A stretch of DNA of 44,098 bases from contig DAIRFN010000004.1 in the NCBI GenBank assembly GCA_036795065.1, forward strand, positions 1-44,098, written 5' to 3'. A program made the translations under genes and the position numbers. The DNA comes from Vicinamibacterales bacterium. Lineage in GTDB: Bacteria; Acidobacteriota; Vicinamibacteria; Vicinamibacterales; UBA2999. Below are positions 43,024 through 44,098 of the stretch, piece by piece; within the stretch, counting starts at the first letter, position 1; each line of letters starts with the position of its first letter. The notes beneath the pieces were generated by a model. It did not search any database, was not told the DNA's origin, and was given only the letters and a program-made list of their open reading frames with translations.

Positions 43024-44098
43024 ATGTCGCAGACTCCCCAGAGTCGACACGAAGGGAGCAGGTACCTGGACGACACCATCGCATTCGTGAAGCCCTGGGT
43101 GAGGTTCGCCGGCTGGGTGCTGGTGATCGCGGTCCTGTACTGGGCGCAGGCCGTCGTGGTGCCGCTTGCGCTTGCCGTCCTGGTCACGTTCGTTCTCACG
43201 CCCCCCGTCACCTGGCTGCAACGATGGGTCGGTCGGATCCCTGCCGTGCTGCTGGCCGTTACGCTGGCGTTCGCGTCACTCGGCCTCGCCGGCTGGGGCC
43301 TGACCTGGCAACTGAACCACCTGGCCGAAGACCTGCCCGGCTACCGGGCCAACATCCGCACGAAGATAGCCGACGTGCGCCTGGCGGGCAAGGGCGGCGC
43401 CGTCGAGAAGCTGCAGGAGATGCTGCAGGGCATCAAGGCCGATCTGGAACGTCAGGAGGCCCCGACAGGCACCGTGTCGCAGCCGCTCGTGGTGGCCACC
43501 AACCAGGTGACCGGGTTCCTCGGCTTCGCGTGGCTCGGGCCCGTCGTCGGGCCGCTGAGCACCGCGGGGCTCGTGGCGGCGATGGTCATCTTCATGCTGC
43601 TCGAACGCCGCGACCTGCGGGATCGCCTCATCGGGCTCATCGGGTCCGGACAACTCGCTACGACCACGAAGGCGTTCGACGAGGCCGGCAGTCGCGTCAG
43701 CCGTCAACTCTTGATGCAGTCGCTCGTGAGCCTGCTGTACGGCATCGCGGTCTTCGTCGGGCTATATGCGCTCGGTGTCCCGTATCCCCTCGTGTGGGCG
43801 ACACTCGGTGCGGCATTTCGATTCGTCCCGTACCTCGGTCCCGTCCTCGCGGCCGGCTTTCCGATCCTCGTCAGCCTCGCGGCCCTGGAGGGGTGGACGG
43901 GCCCGCTGACCGTGCTCGCCTTGTTCGTGGTCCTCGAACTGTTCACGAATCTCGTGCTCGAAACGGTGCTGTATGCCGGAGCGGTTGGCGTGTCGCAGGT
44001 GGTGCTGCTGGTGTCGGTCGCGTTCTGGACGTGGCTGTGGGGACCGCTCGGGTTGCTGATGGCCTCGCCGCTGACGGTGTGCCTCGTCGTGATCGGCA
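43024..44098 (+). CDS. AI-2E family (PerM/UPF0118) transporter, 5' part; runs off the right edge
   Basis: Manual translation from ATG 43024: MSQTPQSRHEGSRYLDDTIAFVKPWVRFAGWVLVIAVLYWAQAVVVPLALAVLVTFVLTP...FRFVPYLGPVLAAGFPILVSL...WTWLWGPLGLLMASPLTVCLVVIG. Typical AI-2E topology and C-terminal motif. No stop codon inside the window. Confidence 0.85.
   Translation, partial: MSQTPQSRHEGSRYLDDTIAFVKPWVRFAGWVLVIAVLYWAQAVVVPLALAVLVTFVLTPPVTWLQRWVGRIPAVLLAVTLAFASLGLAGWGLTWQLNHLAEDLPGYRANIRTKIADVRLAGKGGAVEKLQEMLQGIKADLERQEAPTGTVSQPLVVATNQVTGFLGFAWLGPVVGPLSTAGLVAAMVIFMLLERRDLRDRLIGLIGSGQLATTTKAFDEAGSRVSRQLLMQSLVSLLYGIAVFVGLYALGVPYPLVWATLGAAFRFVPYLGPVLAAGFPILVSLAALEGWTGPLTVLALFVVLELFTNLVLETVLYAGAVGVSQVVLLVSVAFWTWLWGPLGLLMASPLTVCLVVIG

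Overview
Very GC-rich bacterial chromosomal segment (soil-type Acidobacteriota/Gemmatimonadota-like gene content; the taxon cannot be proven from here). Coding is dense on both strands. I saw no rRNA, tRNA, CRISPR array, transposase or phage genes. Many of the long ORFs in the six-frame track are antisense or out-of-frame artefacts of the high GC content.

Gene order, left to right:
1. The 5' part of an alternative-complex-III-like respiratory module: monoheme cytochrome c, pentaheme cytochrome c, a Tat-exported molybdopterin-fold subunit, a 4Fe-4S subunit and an NrfD-type membrane subunit.
2. trkA-trkH.
3. A decayed OmpA-like gene and a BBE-type FAD oxidase.
4. An operon coupling an exported MetX-family alpha/beta hydrolase to a tripartite tricarboxylate transporter (a TctC::TctB fusion plus TctA) and tricarballylate dehydrogenase tcuAB.
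5. A minus-strand run: alpha/beta hydrolase, a 37-aa Lys-rich protein, a cyclase and a cNMP-binding DUF1003 protein.
6. Two ZIP metal permeases.
7. A CBS protein, a truncated Dps and a ferritin-like protein.
8. psd, a methyltransferase, a radical SAM protein and a Usp protein.
9. A roughly 7 kb sulfur/chalcogen island controlled by two ArsR-HTH::rhodanese fusion paralogues.
10. A TRIC channel and an orphan histidine kinase.
11. A stress island: P-type ATPase, CsbD, BON, Crp/Fnr, an lmo0937-type peptide and an AI-2E transporter.

The most interesting signal is at 29622-30404. An ArsM/UbiE-type methyltransferase is interrupted by an in-frame TGA exactly where the family carries a conserved Cys. 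A perfect 7-bp hairpin starts 10 nt downstream of the TGA, and the frame stays open for 55 more codons that read like the normal methyltransferase C-terminus. This makes it a candidate selenocysteine enzyme.

Other notable items:
- A 22-nt motif shared by the two ArsR-rhodanese promoters.
- A perfect 11-bp hairpin that sequesters the Shine-Dalgarno sequence at the cyclase start codon.
- Frame disruptions in the SQR-like and OmpA-like genes, which are either pseudogenisation or assembly indels.
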